Assembly (NCBI GenBank): GCA_002269645.1
Contig: NIVC01000239.1
Location: 62,001-126,000, forward strand
DNA length: 64,000 nt
Direction: 5' to 3'
Origin: Macrostomum lignano
Lineage: Eukaryota
A program made the position numbers and the translations under genes. Positions 48,350-60,372 of this stretch are shown here, piece after piece. Under the pieces are notes generated by a model. It saw nothing but the letters and a program-made list of their open reading frames with translations. It was not told where the DNA came from and did no database searches. The stretch's first letter is position 1. Each line of letters starts with the position of its first letter.

Positions 48350-49783
48350 TGGTCCAGCAACTGAGGATCTGGGGGGGGGCGGTGACCCAGCAACTGAGGA
48401 TCTGGGGGGGGGGCGGTGACCCAGCAACTGAGGATCTGGGGGGGCGGTGGTCCAGCAACTGAGGATCTGGGGGAGGGGGTGGCCCAGCAACTGAGGATCT
48501 GGGGGGGGGGCGGTGACCCAGCAACTGAGGATCTGGGGGAGGGGCGGTGACCCAGCAACTGAGGATCTGGGGGGGGGCGGTGGTCCAGCAACTGAGGATC
48601 TGGGGGAGGGGGTGGCCCAGCAACTGAGGATCTGGGGGAGGCGGTGGCCCAGCAACTGAGGATCTGGGGGAGGGGGTGGCCCAGCAACTGAGGATCTGGG
48701 GGAGGGGGTGGCCCAGCAACTGAGGATCTGGGGGGCGGTGGTCCAGCAACTGAGGATCTGGGGAGGGGGTGGCCCAGCAACTGAGGATCTGGGGGGGGGG
48801 CGGTGACCCAGCAACTGAGGATCTGGGGGGGGGCGGTGACCCAGCAACTGAGGATCTGGGGGGGGGCGGTGACCCAGCAACTGAGGATCTGGGGGGGCGG
48901 TGGCCCAGCAACTGAGGATCTGGGGAGGGGTGGCCGGTGGTCCAGCAACTGAGGATCTGGGGAGGGGGTGGTCCAGCAACTGAGGATCTGGGGGGGGGCA
49001 GTGGTCCAGCAACTGAGGATCTGGGGAGGGGTGGCCGGTGGTCCAGCAACTGAGAATCTGGGGGAGGCGGTGGCCCAGCAACTGAGGATCTGGGGGGGGG
49101 GCGGTGGCCCAGCAACTGAGGATCTGGGGAGGGGTGGCCGGTGGTCCAGCAACTGAGGATCTGGGGGAGGGGGTGGCCCAGCAACTGAGGATCTGGGGAG
49201 GGGTGGCCGGTGGTCCAGCAACTGAGGATCTGGGGAGGGGGTTGTCCAGCAACTGAGGTTTTGGGGGGGGCAGTGGGCCAGCAACTGAGGATCTGGGGAG
49301 GGGTGGCCGGTGGCCCAGCAACTGAGGATCTGGGGGAGGGGGTTGTCCAGCAACTGAGGTTTTGGGGGGGGCAGTGGGCCAGCAACTGAGGATCTGGGGG
49401 AGGGGTGGCCGGTGGCCCAGCAACTGAGGATCTGGGGAGGGGGTGGTCCAGCAACTGAGGATCTGGGGGGGGGCAGTGGGCCAGCAACTGAGGATCTGGG
49501 GGAGGGGTGGCCGGTGGTCCAGCAACTGAGGATCTGGGGGAGGCGGTGGCCCAGCAACTGAGGATCTGGGGGAGGCGGTGGCCCAGCAACTGAGGATCTG
49601 GGGGAGGCGGTGGCCCAGCAACTGAGGATCTGGGGGAGGCGGTGGCCCAGCAACTGGGGAGGGGGAGGCGGTGGCCCAGCAACTGAGGATCTGGGGGAGG
49701 CGGTGGCCCAGCAACTGAGGATCTGGGGGAGGCGGTGGCCCAGCAACTGAGGATCTGGGGGAGGCGGTGGCCCAGCAACTGAG
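48350..49783. repeat. About 30-35-bp G-rich minisatellite
   Basis: CCAGCAACTGAGGATCTGGGGGAGGGGGTGG. Confidence 0.96.
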
Positions 49784-49983
49784 GCTCTTACAGTCTGACA
49801 TAAAAGATTCAAGATCCCTGAAGATATTAGACTATGAAAAGTTGAAAAATTCAAGTGAAAAGTTCGTTGCGAAGTCGAGTCGTGGTTATTAAAAATCAGT
49901 GAGCAGACAGTTTAAAAACGTGAATTCCAAGCACCCTGTATAAACGCGCTAACGCACAACCGAAGGGTGAATGAAGTCCCCGC

Positions 49984-50898
49984 TCAGTCAATCTGGATGA
50001 CCGAGTCCGAGCTGACAGAGCCGATACGAGGCGGCTGCGGCAGGCCCAGTAAAGAGAAGCCGCCGCCTGGCTGGCCGACTCTGCCGCTGGCGCCCCATGA
50101 AGTTTTAACCAAGCCAGACTGGGCAGTGGGCAGCGGGGACTGAGACGCACGATAATTGCTCTGGCCAAGCACGCGCGGCCTCTGCAGTTGAATTCGTCCG
50201 GAGGATGCAGTGCCAGCAGCAGCAACAGCAGCAGTAGAACTTGAAGCAGAATAAGGCATTGGTCTAGGCTGCATAGGGGGCACGCTGTCCAAGTCTATAA
50301 TAGGCCTGGCTGGCCGGCTAAGATGCATTTGACGCTTTGGCCGACAAAATGGCAGCGAGCCCTTGGCTTTGGCAGCGACAGAAGAAGAATCAGACGGCTT
50401 GGTCGGCTGCCACAGCGACACAATCTGCACAGAGTCGGAATCGTTAGCCTGATCTTCCACTGCATCCTGGCCGGAGACGATCAGCTGTTCGGCCTCCTGA
50501 TCGCCAGCGGGATTTTTATCCTTCTCCGACTGCGGCCCGGCCTCGCCTATCTGCCCGGTGCCGTCTCTGTCCTTCTCCCCGGCTCATCCCCGTTGGCGCC
50601 ATCGTCCGGCCGCTCCGCGCCGCCATCGTTGCCCTCGCCGTCAGCTTCGCCGTCGCTTTTATTGTCGTTTTGACCGTCGTCTTCGTCTTCATCGGACGAC
50701 TCGTCGGCATCGTCGTCGTCGCTGCTGCTTGAATTGTCGTCTCCGTCGGCGACGCCGGCAGCTGCGGCGGCGTCCTCCGGCATGGCTGAGTAGGCGGACA
50801 GCACCGAGGCGAGCTTGGCGCTGCCCTGGGCGGCGTTGCGCTCCAGGCGCTGGCGAAGATCGGCGTCGGCCTCGGCGGGGTCGGCCTCCAGGCTGCCG
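49984..50898 (-). CDS. DAXX: DAXX exon 3 (acidic and S/P-rich C-terminus with SIM-like motifs; frameshift near 50577-50580)
   Basis: ccccAG acceptor at 50899; ORFs 50547..50804 and 49984..50460 join if one G is added. Confidence 0.75.
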
Positions 50899-53800
50899 CT
50901 GGGGATTGGGATTGTTCATTTTTGATGGGGAGCGGACAACTGCGCGCCATTCACTGTAGATTTTTGCTATCTACAGTGATCTATTTGATAATAGATTACG
51001 CAGAGTCGATAGGTAAAAAGTAGATATTAGAGTAGACAACAGGTAGAGAAGAGTTATATATACGGTAGACACACTGAAGTGGATAGACACAGTAAATATA
51101 GAAATAGACAGAGTAGAAATCGGGGTAGGCAGGGTAGATATCGGGATAGACATGGTAGATATCGGGATAGACAGGGTAGATATCGGGATAGACAGGGTAG
51201 ATATCGGGATAGACAGGGTAGATATCGGGATAGACAGGGTAGATATCGGGATAGACAGGGTAGATATCGGGATAGACATGGTAGATATCGGGATAGACAG
51301 GGTAGATATCGGGATAGACAGGGTAGATATCGGGATAGACAGGGTAGATATCGGGATAGACATGGTAGATATCGGGTAGGCAGGGTAGATATCGGGATAG
51401 ACAGGGTAGATATCGGGTAGGCAGAGTAGATATCGGGATAGACAGGGTAGATATCGGGATAGACAGGGTAGATATCGGGATAGACAGGGTAGATATCGGG
51501 TAGGCAGAGTAGATATCAGGATAGACAGGGTAGATATCGGGATAGACAGGGTAGATATCGGGATAGACATGGTAGATATCGGGTAGGTAGGGTAGATATC
51601 GGGATAGACAGGGTAGATATCGGGTAGACAGAGTAGATATCGGGTAGGCAGGGTAGATATCGGGTAGGTAGGGTAGATATCGGGATAGACAGGGTAGATA
51701 TCGGGTAGGCAGAGTAGATATCGGGTAGGCAGGGTAGATATCGGGTAGGTAGGGTAGATATCGGGATAGACAGGGTAGATATCGGGATAGACAGGGTAGA
51801 TATCGGGATAGACAGGGTAGATATCGGGATAGACAGGGTAGATATCGGGATAGACAGGGTAGATATCGGGATAGACAGGGTAGATATCGGGATAGACAGG
51901 GTAGATATCGGGATAGACAGGGTAGATATCGGGATAGACAGGGTAGATATCGGTGGGCCGATGGAGTAGAGTAGGCAGGCTAGAGTAGGTTTTGTGTTAG
52001 GCAGGAAACAAAAATATATATAAAGCCACTCACCCGTCCGGCAGGTCGGTGAACAGACAGTCGAACAGGTCCCGCTTACGCCGATCTTGAAGCTGCTCGC
52101 CAACGTCTTTAAATACGGTCTCAGCGCAGCGACGGACCTCGGCCTGAGACCAGCCCAATTTGTGGCGCCTGTTGCACCAGTTGACAATTTTCAGCACTTT
52201 TGGCAGATCGGGGAATCCGCGCCGCCTATTAACGTAGCACTCGATGAGCTCGCCGATCTCCGGGTGGGCCGAGCAGTCGTAACGAAATCTGCGGCCAGAA
52301 AGTAGTGCGGCCGATTGGGGGGCCCGGCGAAGGCGGCACAGGCTGTTGTAGACCTGGAAAGTGTACAGCTGATACTCATTAACAAGCAAAACGATAGGAT
52401 TATAAAGTGGGAAAATTGTCGGCTAACAGTCAAAAATAGATTGGGTTGACTACTTTTACTACAGATACAAATGAGTGGCCTGGTAGAAAAAATGACACGA
52501 ACAATCTAGACTTGTCAGCGAGACAAATCATGACCATCGATTTGTCAGTGATAAGAATCATGACCATAGACTTGTCAGGGAGAAGAATCATGATCATAGA
52601 CTTGTCAAGAATAAGAATCATGACCAAAGACTTGTCAGGGAGAAGAATCATGACCATCGATTTGTCAGTGATAAGAATCATGACCATAGACTTGTCAGGG
52701 AGAAGAATCATGATCATAGACTTGTCAAGAATAAGAATCATGACCAAAGACTTGTCAGCGATAAGAATCATGACCATAGACTTGTTGGCGATAAGAATCA
52801 TGACCAAAGACTTGTTGGCGATAAGAATCATGACCAAAGACTTGTCAGCGATAAGAATCATGACCAAAGACTTGTCAGCGATAAGAATCATGACCATAGA
52901 CTTGTCAGCGATAAGAATCATGACCATAGACTTGTTGGCGATAAGAATCATGACCAAAGACTTGTTGGCGATAAGAATCATGACCAAAGACTTGTCAGCG
53001 ATAAGAATCATGACCAAAGACTTGTCAGCGATAAGAATTATGACCAAAGACTTGTCAGCGATAAGAATCATGACCATAGACTTGTTGGCGATAAGAATCA
53101 TGACCAAAGACTTGTTGGCGATAAGAATCATGACCATAGACTTGTCAGCGATAAGAATCATGACCATAAACTTGTCAAGGATAAGAATCATGACCAAAGA
53201 CTTGTCAGCGATAAGAATCATGACCATAGACTTGACAGCGCTAAGAATCATGACCATAGACTTGTTGGCGATAAGAATCATGACCATAAACTTGTCAAGG
53301 ATAAGAATCATGACCAAAGACTTGTCAGCGATAAGAATCATGACCATAGACTTGTTGGCGATAAGAATCATGACCATAGACTTGACAGCGCTAAGAATCA
53401 TGACCATAGACTTGTCAGCGATAAGAATCATGACCATAAACTTGTCAAGGATAAGAATCATGACCAAAGACTTGTCAGCGATAAGAATCATGACCATAGA
53501 CTTGTTGGCGATAAGAATCATGACCATAGACTTGACAGCGATAAGAATCATGACCATAGACTTGTTGGCGATAAGAATCATGACCAAAGACTTGTTGGCG
53601 ATAAGAATCATGACCATAGACTTGTCAGCGATAAGAATCATGACCATAAACTTGTCAAGGATAAGAATCATGACCAAAGACTTGTCAGCAATAAGAATCA
53701 TGACCATAGACTTGTTGGCGATAAGAATCATGACCATAGACTTGACAGCGATAAGAATCATGACCATAAACTTGTCAAGGATAAGAATCATGACCAAAGA

Positions 53801-54975
53801 CTTGTCAGCAATAAGAATCATGACCATAGACTTGTTGGCGATAAGAATCATGACCATAGACTTGACAGCGATAAGAACATGACCAAAAACTTGTTGGCGA
53901 TAAGAATCATGACCATAGACTTGTCAGCGATAAGAATCATGACCATAGACTTGTTGGTAATAAGAATCAGGACTTTCAGACTCCTTTCGCCTTGTGATCC
54001 ATGTCAGGCAGACAGCACACACACCTGCACAGCGCGCTGCTTCAGCCGGTCCTCCTGCAAGTAGACGCTGCTCTCCGAGCTCAAATCATTCAGACTCATC
54101 TCGAGCTGCTGCAGTCGCTTAATCTTAGTTAATATGCGGCACAGGCAGTCCTGCAGCGCCCGAGCTTTCTGACGCTCCTCAGGCGTCAAGTCGGCGTCGT
54201 CGCCAGCTCGATTATCGAAATCGCTGGCCGATAACTGGCCGGGCAGCTTCGGCAGCGGGCCAGACGAAGTGGACGGCCGATCTGCCGGCAGGCGAGGATC
54301 CGGCGAATCGGCCAGGCGAGTCAAAGCGATTCGACGCTTCTTCGGCAAGGGTTCGGCTTCCTCTTCTTTATGATCTTCCTCGTTCCGCTCGATTTGTCGA
54401 ACATGATCTTGCTGCGAATCCGTATCTGCTTTTGTGGAGCCGCCGGATTTCTCCGTCTCATTATCCGAGTCATTCTCTCCGTCATCATCGTCTGCGGAGC
54501 TAGGTTCAGCTTCCTTAGCTGCATCGGCCTCTTCACTATTGCCAGCAGCGTCATCATCATCATCGGACGCTTTGCCGGACACGTCCTCGCCGGACGCTTT
54601 CTCAGTTTCATCGTCGACACGTCGCTCCGGTACGGCGTCGCTTGGAGCATCGGCAAGAGACTCTTGCAGGTCTAGCCGCGAATCCAGCGCGCACACCAGT
54701 TTAAAAGCGCCGGCGCAAATGTCCCGCCGGAGACTGTCGAACAGGCGACGCCCTCCGGCCGGCGTCAGCCGATTGACGGACCGGCTGGCCACGGCGGCGT
54801 CAAAATGGCGTCGCAGGCTGCGCAACAATATCCTGTCGTAGTCGTCATTGTGCAACAGATTCGATAGGAATGACTCCAGCTGGCACCACGCGGCCTCAAA
54901 TTCGGCCAATTCGCCGCCAGCCAACGCTGATCCAGCCTCGTCATGCTGGCGTTGATGCCGCTGTTGATTCTGCAT
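49984..54975 (-). CDS. DAXX: Death domain-associated protein 6 (DAXX, H3.3 chaperone) homolog, 3 exons, about 728 aa if a 1-nt frameshift is corrected
   Basis: Exons 54975(or 54969)-54025, 52353-52034, 50898-49984. The histone-binding domain is recognisable: KIKRLQQLEMSLNDLSSESSVYLQEDRLK, FPDLPKVL, FKDVGEQLQDRRKRDL, DPAEADADLRQRLERN; acidic tract; C-terminal SIM-like PIIDLD and SVIQID. Confidence 0.85.
51100..51952. repeat. 21-bp minisatellite (DAXX intron 2)
   Basis: GGGTAGATATCGGGATAGACA. Confidence 0.96.
52034..52353 (-). CDS. DAXX: DAXX exon 2 (histone-binding domain)
   Basis: ttccAG acceptor, GTGAGT donor, phase 0-2. Confidence 0.88.
52520..53965. repeat. 30-bp minisatellite (DAXX intron 1)
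   Basis: ATCATGACCATAGACTTGTCAGCGATAAGA. Confidence 0.96.
54025..54975 (-). CDS. DAXX: DAXX exon 1 (helical bundle-like region, acidic linker, start of histone-binding domain)
   Basis: ORF 54004..54978; donor GTGTGT at 54024. Confidence 0.85.
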
Positions 54976-55097
54976 CAAAAATAGGCATCATAGTAGAGCA
55001 CGGGGCACACTTGTGATATCAGGGCTTATGCTCTAGCTTAGGCTTACCCCTTTCCTATAGGTATAACAGGTAAATAGAAAAGAAAGCGACTCTAGAC

Positions 55098-55353
55098 TAG
55101 GGATCGGCAAACTTTTTTATCTCAAGGGCGAGATAGAAAATCTAGCGCATGACTGCTAAGGGGAGAGAGGAGGGAACCGAGTATAGAGAGGAGAAATAGG
55201 AGTAAGGAGAGGCGGAGACAAGAGGAGAGGAGAGAAAGGAGACGAGAGAGTAGATTAGAGAAGAGAGCTGAGAAGAGACAAACCTTGAGAGGGCCGGATA
55301 GAGAGGCTTCGCAGGCCGCATGTGGCCCGCGGGTCGGGGTTTGCCAACCCCTG
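55098..55353. mobile_element. hAT (Charlie-like) MITE, 256 bp
   Basis: TIRs TAGGGATCGGCAAAC / GTTTGCCAACCCCTG; perfect 8-bp TSD CTCTAGAC at 55090-55097 and 55354-55361. Confidence 0.85.
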
Positions 55354-56030
55354 CTCTAGACGATTCTGAAACGACCAGATGTCACGGTAAAAGTCGTCTA
55401 AGAGTCAATTTGAGGCGCTTTATTGTCTGCGACTCAGGGGTCGTATCTGAGGCGTGCTGGAGTCGCTGTAGAACCACTGAGTTGCGTCTAAAGCGCATCC
55501 GCGTCACTTTATGAATTAGAATCGCATTTTGCATTTATAACAAACTCTTAGTCTACTTGAGTTAGTAGAAAGTTAAGCGCTAACACAACGACTCTTGGAT
55601 GACTTACTCGCGACTTGCAAGTATAGAATGACATGCGAATTATTGTCTATGGCTAAGACATAGGTTTCGCCTATGCTATGATTTCGGCCATAGATAAGAG
55701 TGAACAATACTGTTTTTGCTGTTATCTATGGCCAAAGCTAATTACCCATAATCCCAGATAATGGAATTACAGTCTGCTCATAATCTGGTATAAGAGGAGG
55801 GTGGTATACAACTGTAACTACAACTTATCAAAACATTGTTCAACATCTTCTGTAGGTAAAACGAACTGAATGAAAAAAAAAGAAGATCCAAATTAATACT
55901 CAATGTTGTTAACAAAAATGTTTTTATTTTCTATTAGCTAAACAAACATTAACTAGAAAACTGTTTCTCAAGTCGAAAAGCGCAGTCACGGAGTCACAAC
56001 ATTGCAGCAAATGTAAAACAGACTTCTACT

Positions 56031-59000
56031 TCATTCGTAGTACTTCCTATTGCCAGGCACAATCGGCGACTGTAATAGGCCGCGCGTGACAACAGGCGCC
56101 GGCGGCTCGGCATTGGGCGGCACAATGCCCAGCTCAGAATGGTACTGCTTCACCAAGTCTGTCAGGCTCTGCAATTTTGATTGGGTTGCTAATCAATTAG
56201 GATCTGTGCTTTTAGCTGGGTATCTATATGGCCATTCGGTGCAGTTTGAGGGGCCAATTAATGGTTGGTTTGAAAATAATTTACCAATGCCTTGGTTGAT
56301 AATTTAAAACTTATTAAGATTTATGATGCACATGCTATAAACTAAACATACATGAGACACACGTTTTAAATCATATACCTTAAAGCTGTAGGGCTCATAA
56401 ATAGCCAACTGTTGAAGCATCTTGCGGTTAAGCTGTATGTTCATCCGACCCAAGCCGTCGATCAGCATTTTGCCAGGGATACCGTGCTGAGCGCAAGCAG
56501 CGTCAATTCGTTCGTCGCACAGCTGTTTAAACCTGTCCTTGCGAACAGCGCGCATCGCGTTCATGTGCTGGAAGGCCTTGATAACGCGCTGCTCAGCTAG
56601 ACGAAAGCATCGGCTGGATCGGCCGCGGAATAACTACAAATTTGTGGTTGATATTGTGAGGGAATTAAATGATAGCTATTCACTCGCTACGTACTACTGC
56701 GACAGTCCATAGAAGCAGTAGGGTATTTGGCATCTACATTTGCCAATGAAATATGCTGGACTTTTTAAAGATACGACCTCAAAAGATATTTATTGCAAGA
56801 ATTGACCAAGGGGTTGTTGAGCCTAACAAGCAGAGAGTCAACAGGCCATTTTATATCTATCTTATGCTACTGACCTATTCTACTTATATGTGTAGTATTG
56901 ATAGGAGTATGAAGGGGCTGCTGATTTCAGCGGCCTGAAGCTTCGATCTAAATCTATGTAATTAAAACCAAAATGGTTTTCTTCCCTATAGAGGTTAGGC
57001 ATGAGAACCTATAGCAACTTAATATAAAATTAATAAAAGCTTCTATGGATACCACAAATATTTACAGCAAAACTTTTTAGTCTATCTATTACTATGCCTC
57101 TTAGTCTAAGCAAGACTACATGGATTGGTAGTATCCTAAGGAAAGGCCCTATAGAAAAAAGCTAAATGCTTGCTTTTTAACACTTGACAACAATATTCTA
57201 GCCTATACAACCCAAGTTACACTAAATTCTACTATCATTGCAAGGTTTGAAAGATTTCTTTAACTTCTATCTTGTAATATTGTGCTGGTTTAAGCACGCG
57301 TTAAAAATGACCACAATGCTTAAAAGACAAAACACAAAAATATTGAAAAATTATTATAGAAAGCATTTTAATATAAAATAAACTATTTTGATACTTGATA
57401 AATTTTCAAAAGTAACATGGACAGAAGAATAATCACATGATGACTGCTCTTAGCCAATAAAAATTATATATACCATTCATTGTCCCTGACTAATAGTACT
57501 ATAAGTATGACTACTATAAACTTTTAGCAGTGCAAGCACTTATTTTAGTGCCACAAGCATATATTTTAATGCTGTAAGAATTTTTTTAGCATTGCACGTA
57601 TTTACTATGTTTATTATATAGCTATCTATACATATTATTTTCGATCAATATCTTTTTTTTAGATTAGACTATTTGTTAACTTTGTTTCTCTTTTTACCTA
57701 CTAATTTTTGTCTATACTAGACCCCCATAGCCTTATAAAGGGGATAAATCCCTTTTTGCCCCTTTACCTATGCCAGTGGGACCTTTCTTTGATTAAAATT
57801 TAGCTAAATCATATATACAAAAATTCAACTTGGCAATTATTCATATAATTATATATGCCAATATTTTATTTTTAATTCTATATTCTAATTGATATTTTAT
57901 TTTAATTTAACTTTCAATTTAATTTAAATATTATTAGACTTTTTGGCATTCTTTTGTTGTTTAATACCTATAGCCTAATTGATTACTTATATCAATTTTG
58001 TTATAAGATACCTTATGGAAAATAGTGAGAATTGAAATAGACATAGCCATGATTGAAAAAATACTATAATTATAGCTTACTAGAGCACAATCCTTATATT
58101 CACTTTTATTATATGATGCCCTAAATGGAGAATTTGTTAAGAAAAATTGTAAAACAAAAATGAGGGGGTGTGTGGAAATAAAAATGAGAGATAATAATAA
58201 AAATTAGATGTAACCATACAAGAATCCTACAATTGTAGCTTAATTATTAGAGCACAATTCTTATATTCACTTTCATTATATGATGCCTTTGAGACAATTT
58301 ATTACTGTCATATAAAGATTGTGCTCTAATAAGCTATAGGATTATTGCAATCATGACTATATCTATTGCAATTCTCACTATTTTCCAAGGATATATTCTA
58401 CACAAATTTGGCAAAAGCAAATTTGGCAACAATTTAGTGTAGGCAACTTTGGTGACAAGTCTTTTTAAGTCTAATTTATCAAATATAACAACTTTGGTAA
58501 TTGCTAATTTGGCAATAAAGCAAATTTAGGACTGTCAACACTATATATAATCTAATACCATCATACCAAAAGAATCAATAAATTTATATAGAATTATTCT
58601 ATTGCCAAATTTGTCTATGGTGAATCTCTGTCACCAAATTTGTTTGTTGCTGAATTGGTTAGTACCTATTTTTTAATTGCCACATTTAGAGCATGGCTGC
58701 CATGTCTCTAATAGTGACTAGGTCCATATTTATAGACATGGCTGCCATGTATATAGTTTCTGCATTATAGACATGGCCACCATGTTTATAAGTATCACTA
58801 TTAGAGACATGGCTGCCATGTTGATGAAACTTGCATGGCAGCCATGTCATTAATATTGAATGAGTTCATACTTAGAGACATAGTGGGTGGCTTTATTGTT
58901 AATATTGAATGGGTTTATACTTAGAGACATGGTGGATAGCCATGTCTATAATATTGGAGCTTATAGGCATGGCTGGCATGTATATAATCATCAATATAGA

Positions 59001-60372
59001 ATGCATGTTCTGTAGGGCTCTCGCATAAGCAAATGGTGGCTTAGTGGACAAGTTAATTGCCTTATGATTGCATGAAAAGGTTTGAATCCCAAGTGGTTAG
59101 TTTTTTTAATTTGATTTTTTTTAAAAAACAAAATTAAATTAAAATTTTGAGGGTAACTTTAAATTTTAAAGTGCAGCCATAATTATATATGTAGCTTAAA
59201 AATAATTTTTCTGATATATATCGCCACATTTTGTCATGAGTTAAACATTATATAGTTTTACTAAACACATAAGACTTGAGAATAAATGAAAATCTAGAAA
59301 TAACTGAAGAGCATGAACAAAAATGTGGCAAACTTCTTATAATATAAAATTTGTAATAATTTGTAAGTTCAAATACTTACAGATATAGCTACATATATAT
59401 TTGCAGTTGCAGATTAAGATTTAGCAAATTTTTCTTATTCAAAAATTTAATTAAAATTATTATTTTATTTTACTTAAAAAACTTTAAAAGTTCAAGATGG
59501 AAAAAATTCTATTCACTAAAAAAAATTTAAATAAAAAAATGTGGACCTTTTGGGATTTAAACCTTTCTACATGCAATCACAAAGCATATCCACTAAGCCA
59601 CCATTTGCTTATAAGAGAGCCCTACAAAACACACATTTTATATTGATGATAATAGCTGTGCCTTTAAGCTCAAATTATAGACATGGCCACTGTGCCTATA
59701 AGTACTCTATTTTTCAACAGGTATCATAACAAAATTAATATAAAATGTAAGTATTATATTTATAAAATAAAATAATTCTAATTCTTAATGCTACTAAATA
59801 TTAGAACTCTAGCTATGCATAGATCAATAAAAATATAGGCCTTGATACAAAAATTTGTATTTAGTTTTGAACATAGCATAGAGGGTGCGCTGCATAGAGT
59901 ATACTCTAAAAATATACTATGTCTATAATTTTTTGCATATGTGATACCTTTCTGAGTTTAACTTTAGGGCTAGGCATACACCCGACATCTTTAAAACAAG
60001 CCCCACCCCTTATATTGGAAAGTCCTAGTGAGACACTCACTGAACTGAAGTCCCTAATATTGCTAATTGAAATTGCTAATTAAAATTGAGACTATCAACT
60101 ATGCTATGCTATCTAATATAGTATACTATCTGGTAGCATAAATGGATGCAAAAATATTAGACATGGTGACTATCACATATTCAGACTGATGTTAGACTTA
60201 AAGAACAGAATATGCAATAGCCAATACCAATACAAGGCTAAAACAACAAGATTACTTCAAATATTTTACTTACAAAGGAAAACTGAAGATATAAATTGCG
60301 AAGATAGAAGGGATCATTATTTCGATAAATTTTAGGGATTCTTCGTACCCATAAAGGACAGGTGAGGTGCAT
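56031..60372 (-). CDS. MRPL20: Mitochondrial ribosomal protein L20 (bL20m), 3 exons, 163 aa
   Basis: Exons 60372-60274 (MHLTCPLWVRRIPKIYRNNDPFYLRNLYLQFSF, GTAAGT donor), 56633-56379 (LFRGRSSRCFRLA...NIQLNRKMLQQLAIYEPYSFK), 56168-56031 (SLTDLVK...YYE*); all phase 0; L20 signature LNRKML..LAIYEP.SFKSL. Confidence 0.9.
58011..58390. mobile_element. Foldback/MITE-like element with about 45-bp imperfect TIRs
   Basis: GGAAAATAGTGAGAATTGAAATAGACATAGCCATGATTG inverted against CAATCATGACTATATCTATTGCAATTCTCACTATTTTCC; internal direct and inverted TAGAGCACAAT repeats; TSD unclear. Confidence 0.6.
58690..58980. repeat. Irregular repeat of palindromic CATGGCTGCCATG-like motifs
   Basis: AGACATGGCTGCCATG variants recur about 7-8 times. 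Confidence 0.65.
59035..59092 (+). mobile_element. Degenerate tRNA-like head (SINE or pseudo-tRNA)
   Basis: TGGCTTAGTGG A-box and GGTTTGAATCCC B-box variant at tRNA-like spacing; no cloverleaf. Confidence 0.35.

Noticed and set aside
48264-49854. About 500-aa Pro-rich extensin-like ORFs
   Set aside because: A G-rich minisatellite read in three frames
50971-53882. Repeat ORFs (ISTLSIP, MVMILIADKS, IMTIDLSAIR)
   Set aside because: Intronic arrays of DAXX
56640-57300. Chimeric contig or contaminant junction as the cause of the GC shift
   Set aside because: MRPL20 exon 1 in the AT-rich part splices in phase with exons 2-3 in the GC-richer part to give a coherent protein; not fully excluded without reads
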